In this document: positions 55,682-64,000 of the stretch, piece by piece
How positions within the stretch are numbered: position 1 is the first letter of the stretch
Layout: each line of letters starts with the position of its first letter
Translations under genes and position numbers: made by a program
Source: an uncultured Chloroflexia bacterium
GTDB lineage: Bacteria; Chloroflexota; Chloroflexia; Thermomicrobiales; UBA6265
DNA: 64,000 nt
Assembly: GCA_963750275.1 (NCBI GenBank)
Contig: CAVVQC010000005.1
Coordinates: forward strand, 417,258-481,257
Reading direction: 5' to 3'
The notes under the pieces: generated by a model
The model's database searches: none
Seen by the model: the letters and a program-made list of their open reading frames with translations, nothing else
What the model was told of the DNA's origin: nothing

Positions 55682-56596
55682 ATGATCGACCCCTTCGGTC
55701 AAACGTCTGAACTAAATCTTGCGAGCGTGCAGGCGGCAGAAGTCGCCGCGTTTGTGGATTTCGAAAATATTCGCTACTCCACCATCAATGCGTTTGGGCG
55801 AGAACCGGATCCAATCGTCTGGCGCGACAAAGCGCTCAGCTATGGGCTGATGGCGGTCGCACGCGCCTATGCCGATTTCGACCAGCATCCGCAACAGAGC
55901 CGCAATCGGTTGGACGTCGCGGGCTTCGAAGCGCAGCACTATCCCGCCAAGCGCACTACCGACCAGCACGGTCGAGAAAAAATCGTTTCACGCTCCGATC
56001 TGAACTTCGCGCTCGACATCATCAACACCGCGCTGGCGCGGCCCGATATCAAAACCTTCCTCCTGTTTACCGGCGACAAGGATTTCATCCGCGTCGTGAC
56101 CACCCTGAGAAACCGGCTCGGTCGACGAGTGGTGATCTGTGGCGTACCCGGCTCGGTCAGCCCCGATCTGGTGGCAGCGGCGGGAGAAGAAGACGAGATC
56201 ACGATGCCGGATTCTCCGGACATCGATATCGAAGTCATTCAAGCGATCGATCGCTACGTGCGACAACTGCATGACGGTTTCGTCCCGACGCAGAGTCATA
56301 TGAGCCGTACCCTCTGGCGTTTCCTGGATCGCACCGTTCTTCCTTCGGAACACATCGAGGCCAAGGTCATGGAGTTCCTGCGCAAGGGGATTCTCTCCAA
56401 GCGGCAGACCCTCAATGGGCAAAACCAGGAGCTGGTCACGACCGAGCTGAACCCCGAACATCCACTCGTGCAGCAAGCGCTTCCGGGGTTCCCGGACAAC
56501 GAACCCACAGAGGATGCCCCCGTTTCCCAGAACGGCGATTCGTATGCCGAGCGCCCGAATGGCGATGCCCGGCTGACTTCCGAGCAATACCACTGA
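55682..56596 (+). CDS. NYN (LabA-like, PIN-fold) domain protein with C-terminal helical extension
   Basis: VAAFVDFENI...FLLFTGDKDFIRVVTTLRNRLGRRVVICGVPGSVSPDL is the NYN/DUF88 pattern. GAGAGGA lies 9 nt before the ATG at 55682. Confidence 0.75.
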   Translation: MIDPFGQTSELNLASVQAAEVAAFVDFENIRYSTINAFGREPDPIVWRDKALSYGLMAVARAYADFDQHPQQSRNRLDVAGFEAQHYPAKRTTDQHGREKIVSRSDLNFALDIINTALARPDIKTFLLFTGDKDFIRVVTTLRNRLGRRVVICGVPGSVSPDLVAAAGEEDEITMPDSPDIDIEVIQAIDRYVRQLHDGFVPTQSHMSRTLWRFLDRTVLPSEHIEAKVMEFLRKGILSKRQTLNGQNQELVTTELNPEHPLVQQALPGFPDNEPTEDAPVSQNGDSYAERPNGDARLTSEQYH

Positions 56597-56739
56597 TCGA
56601 CGCAACGGACGAGTCCATCGCATCTTCACCGATCGAGCAAGGCTATGCCGAGCGTGCCACACGCTGGCAGCACGACGCCGACCTGCTCGAACTGCAACGC
56701 CGCCGTATCAGCAATTTCCGCCTGGCGGCGGGCGGCGCG

Positions 56740-58455
56740 TTGATTGCCGCAGTGCTCTATTGGGTGTTCACCACCGAGCTTTGGGCGGTTCCGGCGGCGG
56801 CGGTGGCCGGAATCCTGATGGTGCTGCTGGTGCGCCAATATCGACGACTCACGGTTGACTGGCTACGCGCCTCGACGCTGGCACTGGTCAATCGCTATGG
56901 CGTCGCCCGGCAACAACGTGATTGGAACAGTCTTTCCGATCCGCATTCCGTGACGGTTCCAGCGACCCATCCCTATGCTGCCGATCTGGACATCGTTGGC
57001 AAGGCGTCGCTCCTGCAACTCCTCGACACAACGGGGACCACGCTGGGCGGCGAACGCCTCGCCTCCTGGCTGCTCCAGCCCGCCGCGCCGGACGAGATAC
57101 CGCCCAGGCAAGAAGCGGTACGCGAGCTCTCTGACGATCTCGACTGGCTACAGGAGCTCCAACAACGCGCGCTGCTCGGTGAGATCGACGACGACACCAC
57201 CACCAAGTTCCTCGATTGGACCCGCACCCCCGGTTCCCGGCTGCCGATACTGACCTGGCTCGCCCGGCTGAGCGTTGTGGCCACGCTCGTCATCCTCGGC
57301 CTCGCAATTGCGCAAGTCATCGATTCTGGTTTGCTGATCGTGCCCTTCGTGGCCAATTTGCTGCTGGCCGCCGCGTTGCATCGCAAGGTCGGGCCCCAGA
57401 TGGACGCGGCGATGGAGCATGGCAGCGCCATTCGCGCGTACGCCGGTCTGTTGGCGCTCCTGGATGACAAGCAGCGACAGTCGGCGCTTCTGCAGGAGAT
57501 CGACGCACCGTTACAGACCGATGGGGTCCGTGCGTCTGTCGCCGCAGAGCAGCTCGCGCGCATTCTCTCGTTCGGGGTACCACGCGGGTCGTTGCAAAGC
57601 TATGCGCTGCAATTCGCCTGTGCCTGGGATGTCCACTTCTACGACCGGCTCGAAGCCTGGCGCGAAACCTACGGCGAGCAGGTGCCGCACTGGTTGGAAG
57701 CTATTGGTTGGTACGAAGCGCTGGGCGCACTGGCAAATCTGGCGCATGACAATCCGGACTGGGTCTATCCCGATGTGTCGGTAACAAACGACAGCATCGT
57801 TGGGACGCAATTAGGCCATCCCCTGATCCCAGCCGCGCGCCGCGTTAGCAACGATGTCACCCTTGGGCCCTCAGGTACCTTTCTTTTCGTGACCGGCTCG
57901 AACATGTCTGGCAAGAGCACCCTGCTCCGATCGGTGGGGATCGATACCGTCCTGGCCAACTCCGGCGGCCCAGCCTGCGCCGAAGCGCTCTCGTTGCCGC
58001 CGATCTCACTTTGGACCAGCGTACGCATCGCCGACTCCCTGGAGATGGGCGTCTCGTACTACATGGCCGAGCTGTTGCGGCTCAAGCAGATCGTGGACGC
58101 CTCGAAAACGCCGCAGCCAGACGACCGCATCATCTGCTTCCTGCTCGACGAAATACTCTCCGGTACCAACACCGCCGAACGGCAGATCGCGGCCCGGCGC
58201 ATCATTTCGCTTCTGATCGAGCGAGGCGCGATTGGCGCAGTCTCAACCCACGATCTCGATCTCATCGCTGGCAGCGAGCTTTCCGCGTCGGCGGTGGAAG
58301 TGCATCTGGCCGAGACCGTGTTCGAATCTGACGGCAAACTCGATATGACGTTCGACTACACGGTACGTCCCGGCCTCGCCACCACGACCAATGCCCTTAA
58401 GCTCATGGAGCTGGTCGGCATCCCACTCCAGGACGAACCCGGCTCCACACTGTAG
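56740..58455 (+). CDS. membrane-anchored MutS-family ATPase (MutS domain V only; no mismatch-binding or Smr domain)
   Basis: It has Walker A GSNMSGKSTLLRS, Walker B FLLDEILSGTN and STHD, plus N-terminal TM helices. The first canonical start is the TTG at 56740, but coding-like sequence continues upstream in frame to about 56593 (see findings). Confidence 0.75.
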   Translation: MIAAVLYWVFTTELWAVPAAAVAGILMVLLVRQYRRLTVDWLRASTLALVNRYGVARQQRDWNSLSDPHSVTVPATHPYAADLDIVGKASLLQLLDTTGTTLGGERLASWLLQPAAPDEIPPRQEAVRELSDDLDWLQELQQRALLGEIDDDTTTKFLDWTRTPGSRLPILTWLARLSVVATLVILGLAIAQVIDSGLLIVPFVANLLLAAALHRKVGPQMDAAMEHGSAIRAYAGLLALLDDKQRQSALLQEIDAPLQTDGVRASVAAEQLARILSFGVPRGSLQSYALQFACAWDVHFYDRLEAWRETYGEQVPHWLEAIGWYEALGALANLAHDNPDWVYPDVSVTNDSIVGTQLGHPLIPAARRVSNDVTLGPSGTFLFVTGSNMSGKSTLLRSVGIDTVLANSGGPACAEALSLPPISLWTSVRIADSLEMGVSYYMAELLRLKQIVDASKTPQPDDRIICFLLDEILSGTNTAERQIAARRIISLLIERGAIGAVSTHDLDLIAGSELSASAVEVHLAETVFESDGKLDMTFDYTVRPGLATTTNALKLMELVGIPLQDEPGSTL

Positions 58456-58600
58456 CTCCAGGCGGCTTCCCCCCAACAGTCCCGGTTCCACACGCTACTT
58501 CCAGTCTCGGGGGTAGACGCTGGGGCTTGCTCCTACAGTCTCGCGCGGCATATTCTGACCTCAAAAGCTTGATTCGGTTCACGTGATGAGGGGTCATTCG

Positions 58601-59078
58601 ATGCGCGTACGTTCGGAAATCACGGTCAATCGCCGCACGGTGCTCAAAGCGGGCGCGGGCATCGTCGCGCTTGGTGCGGTCGGGACATCATTCGACTCGC
58701 GCCCTCGCGCAAGACGCAACGCCGGTCCCGATTCCAGATGTTCCCAGTGACTTCAAGGTGGTGCTGCATGCCGCGCAGGAGCAGGACTGGATCTATGTCC
58801 TGTCAAATCTGGACAACTTGACCACGGAATGGCCAGAGGCGAGCCTGCGCGTAGTGGTCGACGGCAGCTCGGTTTACACGCTAGCGAGCGACAACGACTT
58901 GAGCACCCACCTCGGAGAGCTGGCAGCTAAGGGCGTCGAGGTGCACGTTTGCCCCAACGCGCTCAAAGAGCACCAGATCGACCCGAGCGAGATCCCATCG
59001 TGGGCGCTTACCGATCTCGGCGGGGTGGTTGCCCTGGTTCAGGCAATGAACCAGGGATTCCTGTACATCAAGCCGTAG
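58601..59078 (+). pseudogene. Tat-signal DsrE/DsrF-like protein split by a +1 frameshift near 58702-58704
   Basis: The ATG at 58601 encodes MRVRSEITVNRRTVLKAGAGIVALGAVGTSFDS (RRxxLK Tat motif) in one frame. The mature part, ALAQDATPVP...VHVCPNAL...GFLYIKP (ORF 58671..59078), is in the next frame. Dropping one C of the CCC run joins them. Confidence 0.65.
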
Positions 59079-59081
59079 TCC

Positions 59082-60456
59082 CTACTGCGCCAGGCGTTCC
59101 AGATACGCGACTGTCGCGACCGTGCCGTTGCGGAAGTCTTCGATGCGGAAGAACTCGTTCGGCGCGTGGGCATTGCAGGTTTCCAGGCTGAACGCGTAGA
59201 AGACCATCTCCGCACCCAGATGCTGCTTGAAGACCTCCGCGATGGGAATGGTGCCGCCAGTGCGGACATAGACCACGTCCTTGCCGCCGATCTCGCGTAA
59301 CGTCTCCGCCGCCGCCACCATGAATGGGTTGTCCCGCGAGATCGAGAACGGTTGTGCATTACCGGTCTTGAACTGGAATTCGGCGCGGGCTCCTTCTGGT
59401 AAATGCGTTTCCACATGCAACCGGATGAGGTCGTTGATTTCATCCGAATCTTGATTAGGAACCAGCCGGCAGGTGATCTTGATATGCCCTTGCGCCGGCG
59501 TAACCGTCTTGGAGCCGTCTCCCTGGAACCCGCTCCAGATACCGTTGATATCGAGCGTCGGACGCATCCAGAGCCGTTCGAGGGTGGAATAGTCGGCTTC
59601 ACCGGTGGGAGTCGTTACGCCGATCGAGCCGAGAAACGCCTTCTCGTCGAATGGAACGTTTTCGATATCGGCAGCTTCCTGCTCGGTTATCGGGCGGACC
59701 TGATCGTAAAAGCCTTCGACCGCCACTTTGCCATTGGCATCGTGAAAGGAGGCCGCGACCTTGGCCGTCGCACGGGCGGCATTGGCCACTCCGCCGCCAT
59801 AGATACCGGAATGCGCGTCGGTGTCCGCAGTAATGATATCGATCTGTCCACCGGCCATGCCTTTGGACGAAAGAATCAGGGAATACTGGTCTTCTCCCCA
59901 CATCATGCCATCGGCGCTGATGACGACATCCGAGGCGAACTTGTCGGCATGCGCAGCCAGATAGGGTGAAATCGACGGGCTGCCGACCTCTTCCTCGCCC
60001 TCGTAGAAGAAGACCAGATTGATGGGCGGCTTGCCATGTTTCTTCGCGAACGCTTCGACCGCCAACAGGGTGATGAAAGAGCCCCGCCTTATCGTCGCCG
60101 GCACCGCGCGCGTAGATCTTGCCGTCTCGGATGGTCGGCTCGAAGGGCGGGCTCGTCCAGAGGTCGAGCGGATCGGGGGGTTGCACATCGTAATGCGCAT
60201 AGATGAGCGCGGTCGGTTTGCTCTCGTCGACCTGCCACTTGCCATAGACCAGCGGATGCCCACCCGTCTCCAGGATCTCTACCTCGGGAATACCCGATTT
60301 CTTCATGCGAGCCGCTACCCATTCGGCGGCTTTACGCACGTCTCCCGCATTGGCCGAAAGCGCGCTGATGCTCGGAATACGCAACAGATCGTAGAGCTCA
60401 GCAAGATTGTCCGCTTCCTGCTCGGCAAAATAGGCGCGCCAGTCGACCGCGGTCAT
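59082..60456 (-). pseudogene. M20-family dipeptidase split by a +1 frameshift at 60082-60085
   Basis: ORF 59599..60456(-) is M20-like up to YAHYDVQPPD...ARGAGDDKAG. ORF 59082..60263(-) continues as SFITLLAVEAFAKKHGKPPINLVFFYEGEEEVGS.... Removing one G from GGGG (CCCC on the plus strand) restores a single protein of about 457 aa. There is a strong RBS, GGGAGGAACC-ATG. Confidence 0.75.
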
Positions 60457-60530
60457 GGTTCCTCCCGTTGGCTCGTAACGAACAACATGGAAATGAAAAC
60501 CGGGGCATCAGCCCCGGTCAGACGATCCTG

Positions 60531-60788
60531 TCAGAGGATCTGATTGAAGATGAATTGCCGCAGAAACTGCAATCCGATGATGGCAACAATCGGAGAAAGG
60601 TCCAACCCTCCCATGGCAGGAAGCAAGCGCCTGATCGGTCCCAGGATCGGTTCAGTGATGCTGACCAGAATTCGTCCCACTGACGAACGCATGCCTGGGT
60701 CGAACCAGGAGAGCAGCGCACGACCGACCAGGAGGAGCGTCAGCGCATTGAACAGGAGGTTTATCAGCGAGTAGAGACTATCCGGCAT
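60531..60788 (-). CDS. YggT-family membrane protein
   Basis: It is 85 aa and LLSWFDP...ITEPILGPIRRLLP...GLDLSPIVAII is the YggT signature. Confidence 0.8.
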   Translation of the reverse strand: MPDSLYSLINLLFNALTLLLVGRALLSWFDPGMRSSVGRILVSITEPILGPIRRLLPAMGGLDLSPIVAIIGLQFLRQFIFNQIL

Positions 60789-60818
60789 GCATTACTTTCG
60801 ATCGTCGAAGCGACGACG

Positions 60819-61262
60819 CTACTTGGCCTCGGTTGCTTTCGATTCGAGACAACCAAAGAACTGGCCGACGATTTGCCGCGCGGCCGGCTGGATCATGCGC
60901 GCCCCGACCCGAGCCATCGTGCCGCGGATATTCGCCTCGCCGGAGTATTTGACCGTGGTTTTGCCATCCTGCTCAGTCAGCTCCAGTGAGCCAACACCGG
61001 AGATCTGCCCCTGCGGACCGCTCCCCTCTACTGCCATGGTGTATGACGTCGGCTCGACCTTGTCAGTGATCTTCACCTTGCCGCTGAAGGTGCCTTTGAT
61101 CATCGCGATCCCGACCTTCATCTTGGCCGTGTACTCATCGGGACCAACCTCGGTCATCTCTTCGGCGCCTGGCAGGCAACCCTCCAAAACGGCCGGGTCC
61201 ATCAGGAAATCCCAGACGACCTGACGCGGGGCGTCGAATATGTGTTCACCAGTAAGTTGCAT
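60819..61262 (-). CDS. SRPBCC-fold protein, CoxG (carbon monoxide dehydrogenase subunit G)-like
   Basis: MQLTGEHIFDAPRQVVWDFLMDPAVLEGCLPG...GTFSGKVKITD is the CoxG family pattern. Confidence 0.75.
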   Translation of the reverse strand: MQLTGEHIFDAPRQVVWDFLMDPAVLEGCLPGAEEMTEVGPDEYTAKMKVGIAMIKGTFSGKVKITDKVEPTSYTMAVEGSGPQGQISGVGSLELTEQDGKTTVKYSGEANIRGTMARVGARMIQPAARQIVGQFFGCLESKATEAK

Positions 61263-61362
61263 TGGTTCCTCTCCCTAACCGGTCGAAATCCGGCGGAAAT
61301 ACGCAAGTTTGGCAGTGTAGCACCTTCTCTCGCCCTGGCCGACATTACGTCTCCCCGCACCG

Positions 61363-61857
61363 TCAATCCGTTTGAGATTGCAGTCGATCGAGGATCTCAC
61401 GGTCATGTGGAAATGCCAATTCCGGGAGCGCGTCCGGCACGAACCAGCCGAGCTGGGTCAGATCGTCGTTGGGGTGTTCGTCACCGCCGAGAATCGACCC
61501 CGTGAACACCGCGAGCACGACGGTCTCTCCCAGAGTGGAGATCAGCCCGAACAACGGGCCGAGCGCGATGTCGAAGCCCGTTTCTTCTCGCACCTCGCGA
61601 ACGGCGGCCGCTTCCACGGGCTCTCCCCGTTCCACGAAACCGGCCGGAAAGCTCCATTTGCCGGCCTCCCGCGCTCCCGGGCCGCGCCGGCCAAGCAGCA
61701 CTTTGCCATCCCGTTGCAGCACGACGGCAACTGCCAGCTTCGGATCGAGATAGGTGACCGTGCCGCATGACTGACACGTGGGGCGCAACCGGCCATCGAC
61801 CAGCCGCTCCTCGGTCACTCCCCCACAGTTTTGACAATACAGCGCGCCACTTTCCAT
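61363..61857 (-). CDS. NUDIX hydrolase with N-terminal zinc ribbon
   Basis: It has CQNCG...CQSCG, then the Nudix box GKWSFPAGFVERGEPVEAAAVREVREETG. Confidence 0.85.
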   Translation of the reverse strand: MESGALYCQNCGGVTEERLVDGRLRPTCQSCGTVTYLDPKLAVAVVLQRDGKVLLGRRGPGAREAGKWSFPAGFVERGEPVEAAAVREVREETGFDIALGPLFGLISTLGETVVLAVFTGSILGGDEHPNDDLTQLGWFVPDALPELAFPHDREILDRLQSQTD

Positions 61858-61891
61858 GATGCTCCCAATGGTGCACTATCGATCGGTTGCT

Positions 61892-63100
61892 ATGCTTGCC
61901 GCATCTGAGGGTGTCATCGCCCAATTCGCGTCACACCAGAACGGAAGGCTTGTGCCCAGAATCATCGACCGTGACGATCTCGAACGGCTGGCGATCGGCG
62001 CCGGCATTCTTGGCACCGGCGGAGGGGGCAATCCCTACCTCGGCAAACTGCATGCGCGGCAGCTTCTCGATCAGGGCAAAACGATCGAGGTGATTCCGGC
62101 TTCCGAGGTACCTGACGACGCGCTGGTGACGACGGTCGGCTCGATTGGCGCTCCCGTCGTCAGCAACGAGCGCCCCAAGCAGGGTGATGAATTCCTGGTT
62201 TCGCTTCGCGCGCTGGAAACGCACCTGGGACGCACGATCACGCATGTCACCTGCGCCGAGATCGGCGGTTCGAACAGCATGTCACCCATGATCGTGGCCG
62301 CGCAGGCCAATCTCCCAGTCGTCGATGGCGACGGGATGGGACGAGCCTTCCCCGAACTGCAAATGGACACGTTCATGATCTACGGCGTCAAGCCGACCCC
62401 TGCGGTCATTTCCGATCCACGGGGCCATGTCGCGATTTTCGATCAACTCGATGACCCTGAGACGTTAGAGCGCTACGCCCGGGCCGTCACCATCCAAATG
62501 GGCGGTTCTGCCGGCGCGGCCGGACCAGCGATGTCCGGCCGGGAATTGAAGCGAACCCTGATCCGCGACACCATCACGCTGGCCATTGAGATCGGCGATG
62601 CGGTACTGCGGGCACGCGCGGGACATGCAGACACGGTCGACGCCGTACTCGGGGTGACGGGAGGGCAGCGGCTCTTCCGGGGGAAGATCGTGGACGTCGA
62701 CCGGCGGCTCGTCGGCGGGTTTGCGCGCGGTGTGCTGCGCATCGAGGGTATGGGACCGAACGAGGGCGACACCCTGAGCATCGACTTTCAGAACGAGAAC
62801 CTGATCGCCCGCAACGGCAAGGGTGAGGTACTGGCCATCGTGCCCGATCTGATTTGCATTATCGACGCCGAAACCGCCGAACCGATTACGACTGAGCTAC
62901 TGCGCTACGGATTGCGTATCGAAGTGATAGGCATTCCCGCGCCGGAAGCGCTCAAGTCCGAGGTAGCCATGCGCTCCGTGGGTCCGGCTGCTTTCGGCTA
63001 CAAGGATGTCGAGTTCGTACCGCTCCCCGGACACTTCGCCAACAGCCCCGGGGCGTTCGATCTCGATGCTGCGCTGGAGCTCCGGGCATCGCGCTCGTAA
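61892..63100 (+). CDS. DUF917-family protein (hydantoinase-associated family)
   Basis: LAIGAGILGTGGGGNPYLG...AEIGGSNSMSPM...PVVDGDGMGRAFPELQM is the DUF917 pattern. The start is uncertain (61856, 61892 or the GTG at 61952). Confidence 0.75.
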   Translation: MLAASEGVIAQFASHQNGRLVPRIIDRDDLERLAIGAGILGTGGGGNPYLGKLHARQLLDQGKTIEVIPASEVPDDALVTTVGSIGAPVVSNERPKQGDEFLVSLRALETHLGRTITHVTCAEIGGSNSMSPMIVAAQANLPVVDGDGMGRAFPELQMDTFMIYGVKPTPAVISDPRGHVAIFDQLDDPETLERYARAVTIQMGGSAGAAGPAMSGRELKRTLIRDTITLAIEIGDAVLRARAGHADTVDAVLGVTGGQRLFRGKIVDVDRRLVGGFARGVLRIEGMGPNEGDTLSIDFQNENLIARNGKGEVLAIVPDLICIIDAETAEPITTELLRYGLRIEVIGIPAPEALKSEVAMRSVGPAAFGYKDVEFVPLPGHFANSPGAFDLDAALELRASRS

Positions 63101-63176
63101 ATTGCATGTGGTGGTCTGCTCCATCCTTAATTGCACTCATGTAGCCGCGGCGCTTACACAAGGAATGGTCGATTAG

Positions 63177-64000
63177 ATGACACGAACCTCCATCTCGGCA
63201 CCGCACATCATTGCCTTCCAGGACGGATCGCATCGCCACCTGCGCGAGGGGGTAGTCGTTTGGGAAGATGACCGTATCCTGCACGTCGGCAAGTCGTTCG
63301 ATGGGGACGTCGATCGGCATATCGACGCAACCGGCTGTGTCGTCACTCCCGGATTCATCAATACGCACGCCCATCTGGCTGGCTCACCCTTGGACAAATC
63401 GTTCATCGAGGACCGTGGTAGCCGGCAGTTCTATCTCTCCGGGCTTTTTGAGTACCTCCCCGTTCGCAACGCGGCCCAGGATGAAGCCGCCAGCCATGCC
63501 TGCCTGACCTACTCGATGGTCGAGCTGCTCCGGTCTGGCACCACCACCGTGGTGGAGCTCGGCACCCATGGCCCCTTCGCGGTGGAAGCGGCTGGCAAAG
63601 CCGGTCTCCGGCTGTACGCCGGTCAGGGCTACCGTTCTGGTAAGTGGTACTCCGATGATGGCCGCCAGGTGAAATACGAGTGGGACGAACAAGCCGGACG
63701 CGACGGGTTGCGCGATGCCGTTCGCTTTATCGAGGACGTTACTGGAACATACAACGACCGCATCCGCGGCATTCTCAGTCCCTACCAGATCGACACCTGC
63801 ACCGAAGAGTTGCTCCTGGAGTCAAAAGCGGCCGCTGCGTCGCTCGGCGTGCCGCTCACGTTGCATGCTTCGCAGTCGGTCAACGAATTCCAGGAGATGA
63901 CCCACCGCCATGGCAAGACACCGATCGAATGGCTGGATCAGATTGGCTTTCTCGGACCCGAGGTCCTGCTGGGTCACGCCATCATCATTGCCGGTTCGAG
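63177..64000 (+). CDS. amidohydrolase-superfamily enzyme (chlorohydrolase/deaminase-like), 3' end outside the window
   Basis: The ATG at 63177 opens MTRTSISAPHIIAF...VVTPGFINTHAHLAGSP (metal-binding HxH). The frame stays open to the window edge. It is absent from the ORF track because no stop falls in the window. Confidence 0.75.
   Translation, partial: MTRTSISAPHIIAFQDGSHRHLREGVVVWEDDRILHVGKSFDGDVDRHIDATGCVVTPGFINTHAHLAGSPLDKSFIEDRGSRQFYLSGLFEYLPVRNAAQDEAASHACLTYSMVELLRSGTTTVVELGTHGPFAVEAAGKAGLRLYAGQGYRSGKWYSDDGRQVKYEWDEQAGRDGLRDAVRFIEDVTGTYNDRIRGILSPYQIDTCTEELLLESKAAAASLGVPLTLHASQSVNEFQEMTHRHGKTPIEWLDQIGFLGPEVLLGHAIIIAGS

Overview
GC-rich bacterial chromosomal segment with about 60 protein-coding genes, densely packed and often joined by 4-8 nt start/stop overlaps. 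I found no rRNA, tRNA, CRISPR array or recognisable mobile element. The style (Thr/Pro-rich linkers, Tat signals, many STAND-LuxR regulators) suggests Chloroflexota/Thermomicrobia or a similar high-GC lineage, but that is only a guess. Most of the content is housekeeping or metabolic: a glyoxylate/hydroxypyruvate cluster (aldolases, hyi, tartronate-semialdehyde reductase, TPP enzyme); S9 and M20 peptidases; a long minus-strand operon tsaB-rimI-tsaD-suhB-hyp-AsnC-like-darA; a sugar ABC importer; tsaE; an Fe(III) ABC importer; a MOSC/tartrate-dehydrogenase/BKACE operon; and ppc, ppa, ilvE, pfk, dapF, a ROK glucokinase and a dynamin-like GTPase. The most interesting signal is a module that occurs twice. 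A ~850-aa STAND (P-loop/NB-ARC + TPR) LuxR-type regulator sits next to secreted two-domain proteins whose C-terminal domain carries a cupredoxin-like His/Cys/His/Met signature. There are three such paralogs, and one has lost both His ligands. Secondary candidates are a NYN-domain protein tightly followed by a membrane-anchored MutS-family ATPase, downstream of an A/T-rich intergenic region. Another is a duplicated CxxC...GxCxxH protein divergent from an orphan XPB-N-terminal-like (Helicase_C_3-type) protein. Two SH3b-repeat L,D-transpeptidases are also worth a look. Three genes (L,D-transpeptidase, Tat-DsrE-like, M20 dipeptidase) are each split by an apparent single extra base in a homopolymer run, which points to assembly indel errors or recent pseudogenisation. 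All functional calls come from reading motifs in the supplied translations; no database search was possible.
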